A DNA stretch of 32,000 bases from Candidatus Syntropharchaeum caldarium (GCA_001766815.1 LYOS01000003.1:1-32000); one strand, 5' to 3'; shown: positions 1-8,419, counted from the stretch's first letter. A program made the numbers and translations. Notes: generated by a model from the sequence alone, not told the origin.

Positions 1-2
1 TC

Positions 3-125
3 GATGCAGGGATGTTTGCACCTGCTGAGGTTACGATCAACGAGCTCACAACTGGAATGACACTGACGAGTGGAAAGATCGATACAGAGATCCTGCTCGA
101 GTCGTTCAGGTTGAAGAGGGTTTGA
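3..125 (+). CDS. 3' end of a CDS entering from upstream of the window; product unknown
   Basis: Frame 3 is open from the window edge (...DAGMFAPAEVTINELTTGMTLTSGKIDTEILLESFRLKRV) and stops at TGA 123-125, just before the RBS of the next gene. No domain recognised. Confidence 0.3.
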   Translation, partial: DAGMFAPAEVTINELTTGMTLTSGKIDTEILLESFRLKRV

Positions 126-148
126 ATCGATAAAGGAGGGGGATAAAA

Positions 149-1015
149 ATGAGACGAGGGGTATTACTCATCTTTCTGTTCTTGATTGCACTGTTTGCGA
201 TCATATCTGCCGATGCTGGAAAGACCTATCTTGCATCAGAGGATCTTGGGAGACGTGCCCTTGCAAAAGCAGAGGCTGAGGGCTGGAAGGTACTCACGGT
301 TGAGATTTACCTTGATGAAGACTGGGCAAAGATGCCAGCACTTACTGCAGGAGAGACTGTATCGCTTACAGGACAGAGTTACTACTATATGGAGATGCCG
401 TCGATAAACGCTGCAAAAGAAGGGGCATGTCCAGAAGAAGTTGTACATCTTGAGATTTACAGGGATGACAGGCTCCTGAATCGTTATGAGGGTACGTGCG
501 ATCCCAACGGGAATATAAAGTTTGATCTTGAGTTCGCAGAGCCAGGATACTACGGCTACAAGATTTATACTGCATGGCAGATGGAGAATAACAAGATCCC
601 TGATCATCCAACTTCGTTCTTCGTGAGACCGAGAATAGCTGAGGGAGAGGATTCAAAGTCGTGGATCGTTGTGGACTTTGCGTTTACACCATCAGGGCCC
701 GCACCAGGTGATGGTGTAATATTTACAGATCGTTCGCAGTACAGGATGACAAAAGTTGCATCATGGCACTGGGACTTTGGGGACGGTACAAACTCAACCG
801 AACGGGACTGTGAACATGCATACCAGCAGGAGGGCACATACACCGTCACACTCACGCTAAAAACAGAGGATGGAGAAAGCCACTCCAAATCGAAAGAGAT
901 TGTGGTGAAGATTCCGCCTGAATTACAGCCAACAGAGGAATCTCCTTCGATGGGTTTGTATGCCTCTCTACTCACCATTTTCCTGATGTATTTTGCTAAG
1001 CGCCATCGCCGTTAA
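149..1015 (+). CDS. Secreted surface protein with a PKD domain and a C-terminal membrane anchor
   Basis: 288-aa ORF with a GGAGGGGG RBS at 135-142. N-terminal signal peptide (MRRGVLLIFLFLIALFAIISADA). PKD signature WHWDFGDGT...YTVTLTL. C-terminus is a Pro/Glu/Ser linker, then a hydrophobic helix and a basic tail (SPSMGLYASLLTIFLMYFAKRHRR). Confidence 0.75.
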   Translation: MRRGVLLIFLFLIALFAIISADAGKTYLASEDLGRRALAKAEAEGWKVLTVEIYLDEDWAKMPALTAGETVSLTGQSYYYMEMPSINAAKEGACPEEVVHLEIYRDDRLLNRYEGTCDPNGNIKFDLEFAEPGYYGYKIYTAWQMENNKIPDHPTSFFVRPRIAEGEDSKSWIVVDFAFTPSGPAPGDGVIFTDRSQYRMTKVASWHWDFGDGTNSTERDCEHAYQQEGTYTVTLTLKTEDGESHSKSKEIVVKIPPELQPTEESPSMGLYASLLTIFLMYFAKRHRR

Positions 1016-1031
1016 CGGAGGTCCTGAGCTA

Positions 1032-2051
1032 TTATATCAGCGACCGAATGGTGTTTAACACCTCTTTGATTGGTGGAGCATCAAACCATCTTCTTCCTGT
1101 CAATTCATTAGCGCATGCCTGATACATCAGGGCGATTGAGTCTGCCAGCTCCTCTGGCAATGGTGGAGGTGAGCTTTTCACAGATCTTTTCCAGTTGAGT
1201 CTGTCTTGATTTTTGGCAAACTCGACATCTTTGTACCATCCTGTCTTGCGATAATAGATTCTCGCCACCTCTTTACTCACAGGCAAGTTGTCATAGGTGA
1301 ATCTGCATTCATCCAGGGTTCCAGGCGTATCAACAAGCATCAAGTTCCTCTCTGCATCAAATCCAAACTCTACTTTTCCATCCTCATTGAATAAACCGAT
1401 CTTTTTAGCCTCGTTGGTGATAAGATCGTCTATCTGCAACGTCACACTTTTTATCTCATCGATCTCGTCATCACTCAGGTTGGAGATCTCTTTTGCCTCA
1501 TCCCAGGTTGTGTATCTATCCGTCACCTCGAGTTTTGTTGATACATCAAGGATCGGTTTATCCAGAACCTGCCCTTCATGGGGTATATCCTTCAATCCTA
1601 TGTCTTCCAATCTCAAACTACCTTCTTTTAACCTTTTGAAAACAGAAGACCCCTCGGGCAATGAATTGCGGTATATTATTTCTAAAGGTATTAGAAAGTT
1701 TCCTCTCGTTTTTCGGTAGGCAGAATAGTCATAGGTATCTCCCTGGATTCCTGGCTTTATCACCTTAAGTAGCCTGAACTCCATGATATCTTCTGGTTCT
1801 TTTAACTCATCCAATCTCCTGGCTTTTTCATCTTCGACTATCCCCAGGTAATGTGTCATTATACCTGATTTTTCAAGCTTCTCAAAGAAATACGCAGCCA
1901 TTATGCAGGTTGCCTTACCCTTCTCAACGATGTGGTCTGGCATCTCCCCCCAATCAAATACTGAATATCTATCTGAAAAGATAAACCGTCCCACTCCTGC
2001 GCTATCATCCTGTGGTTCTCTCAGAACTATCAGATCTTTCACACTACCCAT
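1032..2051 (-). CDS. purC: Phosphoribosylaminoimidazole-succinocarboxamide (SAICAR) synthase
   Basis: 339-aa ORF. The N-terminus MGSVKDLIVL...GVGRFIFSDRYSVFDWGEMPD carries the SDRxSxFD motif typical of PurC. The antisense ORFs over it are low-complexity mirror frames. Confidence 0.85.
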   Translation of the reverse strand: MGSVKDLIVLREPQDDSAGVGRFIFSDRYSVFDWGEMPDHIVEKGKATCIMAAYFFEKLEKSGIMTHYLGIVEDEKARRLDELKEPEDIMEFRLLKVIKPGIQGDTYDYSAYRKTRGNFLIPLEIIYRNSLPEGSSVFKRLKEGSLRLEDIGLKDIPHEGQVLDKPILDVSTKLEVTDRYTTWDEAKEISNLSDDEIDEIKSVTLQIDDLITNEAKKIGLFNEDGKVEFGFDAERNLMLVDTPGTLDECRFTYDNLPVSKEVARIYYRKTGWYKDVEFAKNQDRLNWKRSVKSSPPPLPEELADSIALMYQACANELTGRRWFDAPPIKEVLNTIRSLI

Positions 2052-2170
2052 ATTGCATCACTTCTGGGCAAAGATAAATTCGCTCGTTCAGACAGCTTCG
2101 CCAAAAAAGATAGAAATAGATATAGAGGCGCTGTGGATTAAAAATCAACCCTATACGCCTCATTTTAATT

Positions 2171-3070
2171 TTAAAAAAGCTCATGCAGGTTTATCTTGTA
2201 TTCTCCAAGATCGCCGCCATAATTTCCAGCGGTTATCTTGACAATTCCATCACAGGCTGTTGCAGCCTCAATTCCCTTCTTTGTTGCGAGCTTAACAGCA
2301 TCGACATCAAGCCCGTTTATAACAAGCTCAAAGATCGCATCGACATCAGGTGGCACGATAGAACCTTCAACCTTATCTTTCAGTGTTGGGCAGAACTTCT
2401 CGTTTGTCGAGGCTTTCAGGAAGCTGTACTTGTTTGAGCCTGGTTTTGATCCTGAGGCAACAATTCCACCTGGGAATGGTGTGATCGAGCCTTCAAGCTC
2501 CATTATCGCATCAACCGCAGCCTCAGCAGCAGCAAGTGCCTTTTCCTGTGTCTTTCCAAGTATGAAGAAGTTCCCACCTGCAACGCCCGCTACTGCACCA
2601 ATATTCTCCTCAACACCAAACTCACCCTGCATCATCGGTATGAAAAACATTTTTCGTCCATCGATCTCATCCACGCGCTCGAACCCATCTGCAAAGAACT
2701 TGAGCTTGAAACCTGTGTTAAACTGTTTTTCTGCATCAGGAAGTCCATTAAACGCCCTTGCAGTTGCAGATGTCAGCACACACTGCCCAATACGCTCAAG
2801 AAGCTGTTCTTCAAGCGATTTGTACCCGAATGTGCAGATCTGGATGTACGCGCCTGGTCTACCATCAGGCGTCTCAGATCCATCAACCATTCGCTCGATC
2901 CCACACTCTGCAGGACAGCCGATAACCGACGTCCCGAATCCCGTTGCCTCACGCGCTGCGTTCAGGACCCATTTCTCAGAAGCTGCTGTTATCAACACCC
3001 TTGCGATCTTTATCCCGAACGCTTCAGCATACGTATCCTCTATCTCAACGCCATTTATTTCCATAATCAT
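2171..3070 (-). CDS. ftr: Formylmethanofuran--tetrahydromethanopterin N-formyltransferase
   Basis: 299-aa ORF. MEINGVEIEDTYAEAFGIKIARVLITAAS...ATGFGTSVIGCPAE...TPDGRPG is the characteristic Ftr N-terminus. The true start may be the third codon (ATG at 3064). Confidence 0.9.
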   Translation of the reverse strand: MIMEINGVEIEDTYAEAFGIKIARVLITAASEKWVLNAAREATGFGTSVIGCPAECGIERMVDGSETPDGRPGAYIQICTFGYKSLEEQLLERIGQCVLTSATARAFNGLPDAEKQFNTGFKLKFFADGFERVDEIDGRKMFFIPMMQGEFGVEENIGAVAGVAGGNFFILGKTQEKALAAAEAAVDAIMELEGSITPFPGGIVASGSKPGSNKYSFLKASTNEKFCPTLKDKVEGSIVPPDVDAIFELVINGLDVDAVKLATKKGIEAATACDGIVKITAGNYGGDLGEYKINLHELF

Positions 3071-3124
3071 CCCTATTTAGAAGAACTCACATCCACCTAT
3101 TTTAAAGTATTGGTATTGTCTGCC

Positions 3125-3613
3125 CTATTTTTCAATATAGACCCGCCACTCACACCAACAGTCGTCTGGATGTAAATCTGGCGGAGCAGTTATAACACCG
3201 ATTCTAAGTTCTGGATCGATCTCGGTAGCAAAAGCCTTAAAATATATCAATCCAGGTTCTTTGCATGGATACTCTGGGAGATTCTTCTTTAACCTTGCCT
3301 TCTGGGCAGAGCAGGATGAATTTCTGAATATCGCTTCATTCTCATCGAGTTTTACGACCTCAAAATTCTCAAGCAGGTTCTCTGGTAGAAACCCAAAGAG
3401 CTTCATGAAACCAGATACGCCTTTCACCTCCCCAAAGATCTTTTTTAGCTCGCTTGCGTGTCTTCTCCCAATAGATTCCATCATCCTTAACTCGACTGAG
3501 ACCGCTGCATCAAGCCCGTACATCTCTTCGATCGCGGCACGCCATCGCTGATGTAGATTTCCCCAGAACCAGGCATAGGTTTTCACCAGTGCTTCGAGTT
3601 CATGCGTTTTCAT
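3125..3613 (-). CDS. Conserved hypothetical protein (162 aa)
   Basis: Clean ORF with normal composition, ending ...PDDCWCEWRVYIEK. I do not recognise the family with confidence. Confidence 0.55.
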   Translation of the reverse strand: MKTHELEALVKTYAWFWGNLHQRWRAAIEEMYGLDAAVSVELRMMESIGRRHASELKKIFGEVKGVSGFMKLFGFLPENLLENFEVVKLDENEAIFRNSSCSAQKARLKKNLPEYPCKEPGLIYFKAFATEIDPELRIGVITAPPDLHPDDCWCEWRVYIEK

Positions 3614-3766
3614 AGTCGTTAAACTTCCACTTTCTTTAATGATAAGATCATGAGGGACCGAAGAATAAAAACCTTTTCAGCCAACCACACTTTACACGAA
3701 ACAATTATCTCCATTCATATATGACCAATTTTTCTCTTCCTGTGAAAAGGTCAACCAAATTTTATT

Positions 3767-4345
3767 TTACCATAATTTACCCCTGTATTGCCCGATCGCA
3801 GGACATCCAAGGCACTGGCTGTTTTTATAAATTGCGCAGTCCTTACACTCGATATCGATTCCGCAGGGCTGCGTATCAACCAGTTTTATATCCATCTTCA
3901 CAGGTATGATCAACTTTTTTGCCGTGCTGATCACGATATTGAGTTCAACGCTCTCAACCTCTTCAATTGGGCGTATGTGACCGTTTACGATCGCCTCAAG
4001 GGTTGGAATGTCCTCACCTGCAAAGAATAGACAGACATTATTCTTTCCCGAGAGAATGAAACCGTTCAGGAAATATGGACAGTCTCTAAACATGTTGATT
4101 ATACGACTTGTATCTGCGGTTGCGATGTCCACCTTTGCGATATAAAGACCAAGCTTCGATGGATCTATCCCGCACCGTTTCTCTATCGCTCCCATATTTT
4201 TAAGCTTCTTGAGCCGCATCGCAACTGAGGGCTGTGTGAGTTTGATCCTCTCCGCGATCTCCTTCTGTGAGATATCGGGATTCTCGATGAGAAGTGTAAT
4301 AATCTCCCGATCCTTTGAGTCGATCTTGAATTCTTTCAGCGGCAT
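3767..4345 (-). CDS. Lrp/AsnC-family transcriptional regulator with a C-terminal Cys-rich extension
   Basis: 192 aa. N-terminal HTH (DREIITLLIENPDISQKEIAERIKLTQPSVAMRLKKLKNMGAI) and a RAM-like middle part. The tail is C161-x5-C-x2-C-x7-C-x2-C181-P (PCGIDIECKDCAIYKNSQCLGCP). Transcribed divergently from the redox operon. Confidence 0.8.
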   Translation of the reverse strand: MPLKEFKIDSKDREIITLLIENPDISQKEIAERIKLTQPSVAMRLKKLKNMGAIEKRCGIDPSKLGLYIAKVDIATADTSRIINMFRDCPYFLNGFILSGKNNVCLFFAGEDIPTLEAIVNGHIRPIEEVESVELNIVISTAKKLIIPVKMDIKLVDTQPCGIDIECKDCAIYKNSQCLGCPAIGQYRGKLW

Positions 4346-4360
4346 CTATAGACTGATTGT

Positions 4361-4421
4361 TTTAATAGTATATAGGCTTTATTGGAATAAAGTTATAAAT
4401 TATAGTCAAAAGCTTTATATA
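4361..4421. promoter_or_regulatory. Divergent promoter region with two TATA-like boxes
   Basis: 75-nt AT-rich spacer between the lrp-like start (4345, minus) and the operon start. TTTAATAGTATATA lies at 4361-4374 and AAAAGC-TTTATATA at 4405-4421. A short inverted repeat TATAA-A-TTATA sits at about 4394-4404. Assigned by position and composition only. Confidence 0.3.
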
Positions 4422-4687
4422 TGATAAATATGATAGAGTACCAGAGGCATACTATGATAGATGCATGTCCAGGTGCAGTAGACTTCACAGACCCAAAACC
4501 GATGTTTGTCAAATGTGAGTGCGGGCGCGAGGTTGAGATATGGACGGATGAGATAAGCGCTGAATGTGAATGCGGTAGAACCGTAAAGCGCGATATGAAA
4601 TCCGCCTGTTATCTCTGGTGTGAGCATGCTGCTGAATGTATTGGAGAAGAAAACTTGAGGAGAATCAAGGATGAAAAAAGTGAGTGA
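4421..4687 (+). CDS. Small Cys-rich (zinc-ribbon-like) protein, first gene of the redox operon
   Basis: 88-aa ORF with 8 Cys, including two CEC knuckles (KCECGREVEIW...AECECGRTV) and C-x4-WC-x5-C. Overlaps the next gene by 17 nt. The real start may be ATG 4454 (MIDACPG...), because the TATA-like box overlaps 4421 and AGAGG precedes 4454. Confidence 0.6.
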   Translation: MINMIEYQRHTMIDACPGAVDFTDPKPMFVKCECGREVEIWTDEISAECECGRTVKRDMKSACYLWCEHAAECIGEENLRRIKDEKSE

Positions 4688-6518
4688 ACACGATTCTGTT
4701 AATGAAATGCGCGAGATTTTGAGTGCTGATGGAATTACAAATCTCTTTGATCGTTTTGAAAATCAAAACGGGAGGTGTCCTTTCTGTACAGGAGGGATAA
4801 GCTGCCAATTGTGCAGTAACGGACCCTGCAGGATAAAGAAGGGGGCAGACAGGGGTGCATGTGGGATAGATGCTGACGGGATGGCGATGCGAAACTTCCT
4901 TTTGAAGAATATCATGGGAACGGCAACCTATACCTATCATGCGAAAGAGGTCGCAAAGACGCTCAAAGCCACAATAGCGGGGAAGACCGCCTTTAAGATA
5001 ACTGACGAAGCAAAATTGAAAGAACTTGCATCGATGTTTGGGATTGCAGATACTGATCTTGGTGGAGCTTTCCTTGATCTTATAAAGACCGATTCGGATG
5101 AAGTTCTGAAGTCTGTTGAACTTCTGGCACCAGCAAGCCGAATAAAGGTCTGGAAGGAGCTTGGAATACTCCCAGGAGGTCCACAGGAAGAGATGATGGA
5201 TGCGCTCTCAAGCTGTCTTACGAATGTTGATGGGGATTATGTATCACTTGCAAAAAAGGCGATGAGGCTTGGAATATCGACGATATATGGTTCGCAGATC
5301 CCGCTTGAACTGGGGCAGGACATCCTCTTTGGAACCCCTATGCCACACGAGGTTAATACCGATCTTGGGATCATCGATCCTGATTATGTTAACATCGTGC
5401 CGAACGGACATGAACCTTTCATCGGTGCTGCGATCATCGAGACTGCTCACACTGATCTTGTTCAGCAGAAAGCACGAGATGCAGGGGCAAAAGGACTTCG
5501 TGTCATCGGCTCGATCGAGACAGGGCAGGAGCTTATACAGCGTTTCGAGGTTGATGATGTCTTTGTTGGGTTTACAGGTAACTGGATCTCGATTGAGCCT
5601 GCACTTGCAACGGGTGGAATTGATCTCTTTCTGATGGATATGAACTGCTCACCACCTGCAATGGGGGAGTATCAGGATAAATACAACACAACGCTTCTCT
5701 CGGTCTCAAAACTTGTTTCAGTCCCTGGAATGAAGGGGCAGAAAGTATACATGCCCGAAGAGGTTAAGGCACAGGCAGAAGAACTGATCGATATGGCGAT
5801 TGAAAACTTTAAGGCTCGCAAGGGTAAACCAACACATCCTGTTTCAAAGACCCAGAAAGCGATTGCCGGAATCTCGATTGAAGCGTGTCTTTCGGTGCTT
5901 GGAGGTAGCCTTGATCCACTGCTTGATGTGATAAAGAACGGTACGATTAAGGGTGTTGTTGCGGTTGTGAGCTGTACAAGTCTCAAAAACGGTCCACAGG
6001 ACTCACTCACCGTTGCTGTTGCAAAAGAACTCATAAAACGGGACATTCTTGTTGTTGCTGCAGGATGTGGAAACGCAGCACTCCAGGTCGCAGGACTTGA
6101 GACACCTGAGGCAAAGGAGCTTGCAGGAGACGGCCTTAAAGCAGTCTGTGAGAAGCTTGGAATCCCACCAGTTTTGAGTTTTGGTACATGCACGGATACG
6201 GGCAGGATCGCAATGCTTGTAACAGCGGTTGCAGATGCCCTTGGTGTTGATCCATCAGATCTCCCCGTGGCTGTGACAGCTCCTGAGTACATGGAGCAGA
6301 AGGCAACAATAGATGCGGTATTTGCGGTTGCGTTCGGACTTTACACACATGTATCACCGATCCCACCTGTTACAGGAGCGGATCGTCTTGTTAATCTTCT
6401 TACAGAGGATGTTGAGGGACTTACAGGGGGCAAGATCGCTGTAGGCGACGATCCTGTTGAGATCGTTGATGGGATTGAAGCGCATATAAATAAGAAACGA
6501 GCTAAGCTTGGGATATAA
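4671..6518 (+). CDS. cooS: CooS/Hcp-superfamily enzyme: CO-dehydrogenase catalytic-subunit scaffold with a non-canonical active-site ligand set (CooS-V-like)
   Basis: 615 aa. N-terminal B/D-cluster Cys block CPFCTGGISCQLCSNGPCRI...GACG. CooS-like motifs NGHEP (His247), MDMNCSPP (Cys326), VVSCTS (Cys435), AAGCGNAAL (Cys466), FGTCTDTGR (Cys507) and EQKA (Lys544). Where canonical CooS has GICCTGNE, this protein has GSIETGQE (Ile282/Glu283). Confidence 0.85.
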   Translation: MKKVSEHDSVNEMREILSADGITNLFDRFENQNGRCPFCTGGISCQLCSNGPCRIKKGADRGACGIDADGMAMRNFLLKNIMGTATYTYHAKEVAKTLKATIAGKTAFKITDEAKLKELASMFGIADTDLGGAFLDLIKTDSDEVLKSVELLAPASRIKVWKELGILPGGPQEEMMDALSSCLTNVDGDYVSLAKKAMRLGISTIYGSQIPLELGQDILFGTPMPHEVNTDLGIIDPDYVNIVPNGHEPFIGAAIIETAHTDLVQQKARDAGAKGLRVIGSIETGQELIQRFEVDDVFVGFTGNWISIEPALATGGIDLFLMDMNCSPPAMGEYQDKYNTTLLSVSKLVSVPGMKGQKVYMPEEVKAQAEELIDMAIENFKARKGKPTHPVSKTQKAIAGISIEACLSVLGGSLDPLLDVIKNGTIKGVVAVVSCTSLKNGPQDSLTVAVAKELIKRDILVVAAGCGNAALQVAGLETPEAKELAGDGLKAVCEKLGIPPVLSFGTCTDTGRIAMLVTAVADALGVDPSDLPVAVTAPEYMEQKATIDAVFAVAFGLYTHVSPIPPVTGADRLVNLLTEDVEGLTGGKIAVGDDPVEIVDGIEAHINKKRAKLGI

Positions 6519-6538
6519 GAAAAGGAGGTGAGAGGATC

Positions 6539-6700
6539 ATGAAAGAAGTATTTCTATGCAGTGAACATGGATGTTGTCCAAGTGTTGAGATACTCGATGA
6601 GAGTGTGGTAATCGGCGAAGAGACATTCGTTGAACTCAACAGAGATCAGTGGAACGATCTTGTGTCTAAGATCGAGTCAGGCGTTCTTGGAAAGATTTGA
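6539..6700 (+). CDS. Small conserved-looking protein (53 aa), not in the ORF track
   Basis: Strong RBS AAGGAGGTGA at 6522-6531, then ATG 6539 and TGA 6698-6700. Sequence: MKEVFLCSEHGCCPSVEILDESVVIGEETFVELNRDQWNDLVSKIESGVLGKI. The pattern (Cys pair, xVEI, then W..LV..I..G) resembles DUF397-type small domains. Confidence 0.6.
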   Translation: MKEVFLCSEHGCCPSVEILDESVVIGEETFVELNRDQWNDLVSKIESGVLGKI

Positions 6701-6715
6701 GTGGGGGTATACTGG

Positions 6716-7042
6716 ATGGATGTGATCAATGTTCTTGATAGGGAATCTTTCAGCCCAGATTCAAAGAGTGTTGTTCGCCTGATCGATGAAGATTACCTCC
6801 AGCTTAACCTGATATGCCTTGAGGCAGGGCAGGAAGTTCCATATCACAATGCAAACTCGAATGTGAACCTGCTGGTCGTGAGGGGAGAGGGTGAACTGGA
6901 GCTTGCAGGTGAAAAAGCACGACTGGAACATGGAAAGATTTTCCGTGTTCCTTTCAAGACAAGGATGAGGATCGTGAACGATTCAAATGATCGTCTTTCT
7001 TTCCTCGTCTTTAAAACCCCGAATCCAAAAGAAATGAGGTGA
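6716..7042 (+). CDS. Cupin-fold protein
   Basis: ORF 6701-7042. I prefer ATG 6716, which is preceded by GGGGGT (6703-6708). Cupin-like core LEAGQEVPYHNANSNVNLLVVRGEGELELAGE...IFRVPFKTRMRIVN, with a reduced His set. Confidence 0.65.
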   Translation: MDVINVLDRESFSPDSKSVVRLIDEDYLQLNLICLEAGQEVPYHNANSNVNLLVVRGEGELELAGEKARLEHGKIFRVPFKTRMRIVNDSNDRLSFLVFKTPNPKEMR

Positions 7043-7054
7043 GGAAGGTAGAAT

Positions 7055-8407
7055 ATGAGAAAAGGTTCTGTAATTTTTGTGCTGCTGCTATTGATCCTGC
7101 CTTTTATGGGATCTGCGGTAGCATCGGAGTGTACAGACTGCCACGAAAGCGTGACACCGAAGATCGTTGAAGACTTCAGTAGCGGTGTGATGGGCGATAA
7201 GATCGACTGTTCGAACTGCCATGGATCGGCACACAATTCCGCCGATAATGTGGAGAATGTGAAATTCCCAACCCATGAGACCTGTGGTGCCTGTCACGAT
7301 GTACAGGATACCCAGTATATGGAGGGTAAACACAGTATCGCATGGGCCGCTCTCTTTGCACCTCCCACAACCGGTGATCAGCCTAAAGAGTTAATGGAGG
7401 GTCAGAAGGGATGTGGAGGTTGCCACAAGATCGGAGCAAAGGATGAAACAGGCTGGGATGATTATGAGTACGGTGTGGTGGGCTGTGACAACTGCCATAC
7501 AAGACATAGCTTCTCAGTAGAGGAGGCGAGAAAGCCTGAAGCATGTCTGCCATGCCATCAGGGATTTGATCATGCACAGTGGGAGATGTACTCAACATCG
7601 AAGCACGGTGTGATCTACCAGACAGAGGGTGATAGATGGGACTGGAGTGTACCGCTCAGTGAGGCAGGCGACGAGTACACCGCTCCAACGTGTCAGCTCT
7701 GCCATATGAAAGATGGAGATCACGCGGTGATGACAAGCTGGGGCTTCCTCGGTGTCAGGGTCGAAGAGCCAGATGAGGAATGGATGGATGATCGTGTATC
7801 TGTACTCAAGGCGTATGGTGTACTCGATGCAGACGGAAATCCGACAGATAGGTTCGATCTCGTGGGTGCTGCAAAGCTTGCGCGGCTTACGATGGATGAA
7901 TGGAATGCCGAAAGAGAGGAGATGATTGCAACCTGCAGTGAGTGTCACTCAGAGACATTTGCAAGAAACTCACTTGAAGAGGGTGATCACCTTCTGAGAG
8001 AATCTGACAGGATCTATGCAGACTCAATCGAGACGGTTGCAGCCCTTTACAGGGATGGAATTCTTCCAGAGCCAGAGTACATCGAGGAACTTCCGTCTTA
8101 CCCATATCCGGATGTCCTGAGGTTCTATGATCAGGCAACACCAATCGAGGAGGACCTCTGGCTCATGTGGATGGAGTACAGGATGCGGACATTCCAGGGC
8201 GCTTTCCATGCAAATCCCGACTACGTTCAGTGGTATGGATGGGGACCACTCAAAGAGACCGCTGTGAGAATTCAGGCAGAGGATGAGCGATTGCGGGCTG
8301 AGGCAGCAACTCCAGAGAGTTCGGTAGAAGAGAGTCCTGGGTTTGGTGCGATCATCGGGATTGCAGCACTACTTGGACTGGTTCTCTACCTTAGAAGAAG
8401 GGGATAA
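7055..8407 (+). CDS. hao: Hydroxylamine-oxidoreductase (HAO)-family octahaem cytochrome c, secreted, with a PGF-CTERM anchor
   Basis: 450 aa with a Sec signal peptide (...FMGSAVA|SE). Eight CxxCH motifs at C26, C52, C77, C120, C144, C164, C213 and C294. The block [42 protein letters not shown], plus APTCQLCHM and [11 protein letters not shown], closely matches Nitrosomonas HAO as I recall it. C-terminus: [25 protein letters not shown]. Confidence 0.85.
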   Translation: MRKGSVIFVLLLLILPFMGSAVASECTDCHESVTPKIVEDFSSGVMGDKIDCSNCHGSAHNSADNVENVKFPTHETCGACHDVQDTQYMEGKHSIAWAALFAPPTTGDQPKELMEGQKGCGGCHKIGAKDETGWDDYEYGVVGCDNCHTRHSFSVEEARKPEACLPCHQGFDHAQWEMYSTSKHGVIYQTEGDRWDWSVPLSEAGDEYTAPTCQLCHMKDGDHAVMTSWGFLGVRVEEPDEEWMDDRVSVLKAYGVLDADGNPTDRFDLVGAAKLARLTMDEWNAEREEMIATCSECHSETFARNSLEEGDHLLRESDRIYADSIETVAALYRDGILPEPEYIEELPSYPYPDVLRFYDQATPIEEDLWLMWMEYRMRTFQGAFHANPDYVQWYGWGPLKETAVRIQAEDERLRAEAATPESSVEESPGFGAIIGIAALLGLVLYLRRRG

Positions 8408-8419
8408 GTTAATTACCCC

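Noticed and set aside
2238-3080. 280-aa plus-strand ORF
   Set aside because: Antisense to ftr. The translation is low-complexity and Ser/Ala/Pro/Ile-rich, typical of a mirror frame of a real gene. ftr on the minus strand is unambiguous.
5672-6292. 206-aa minus-strand ORF inside the CooS-like gene
   Set aside because: Antisense shadow ORF (Ser/Thr/Ala/Pro-rich, no motifs). The plus-strand protein has clear family signatures.
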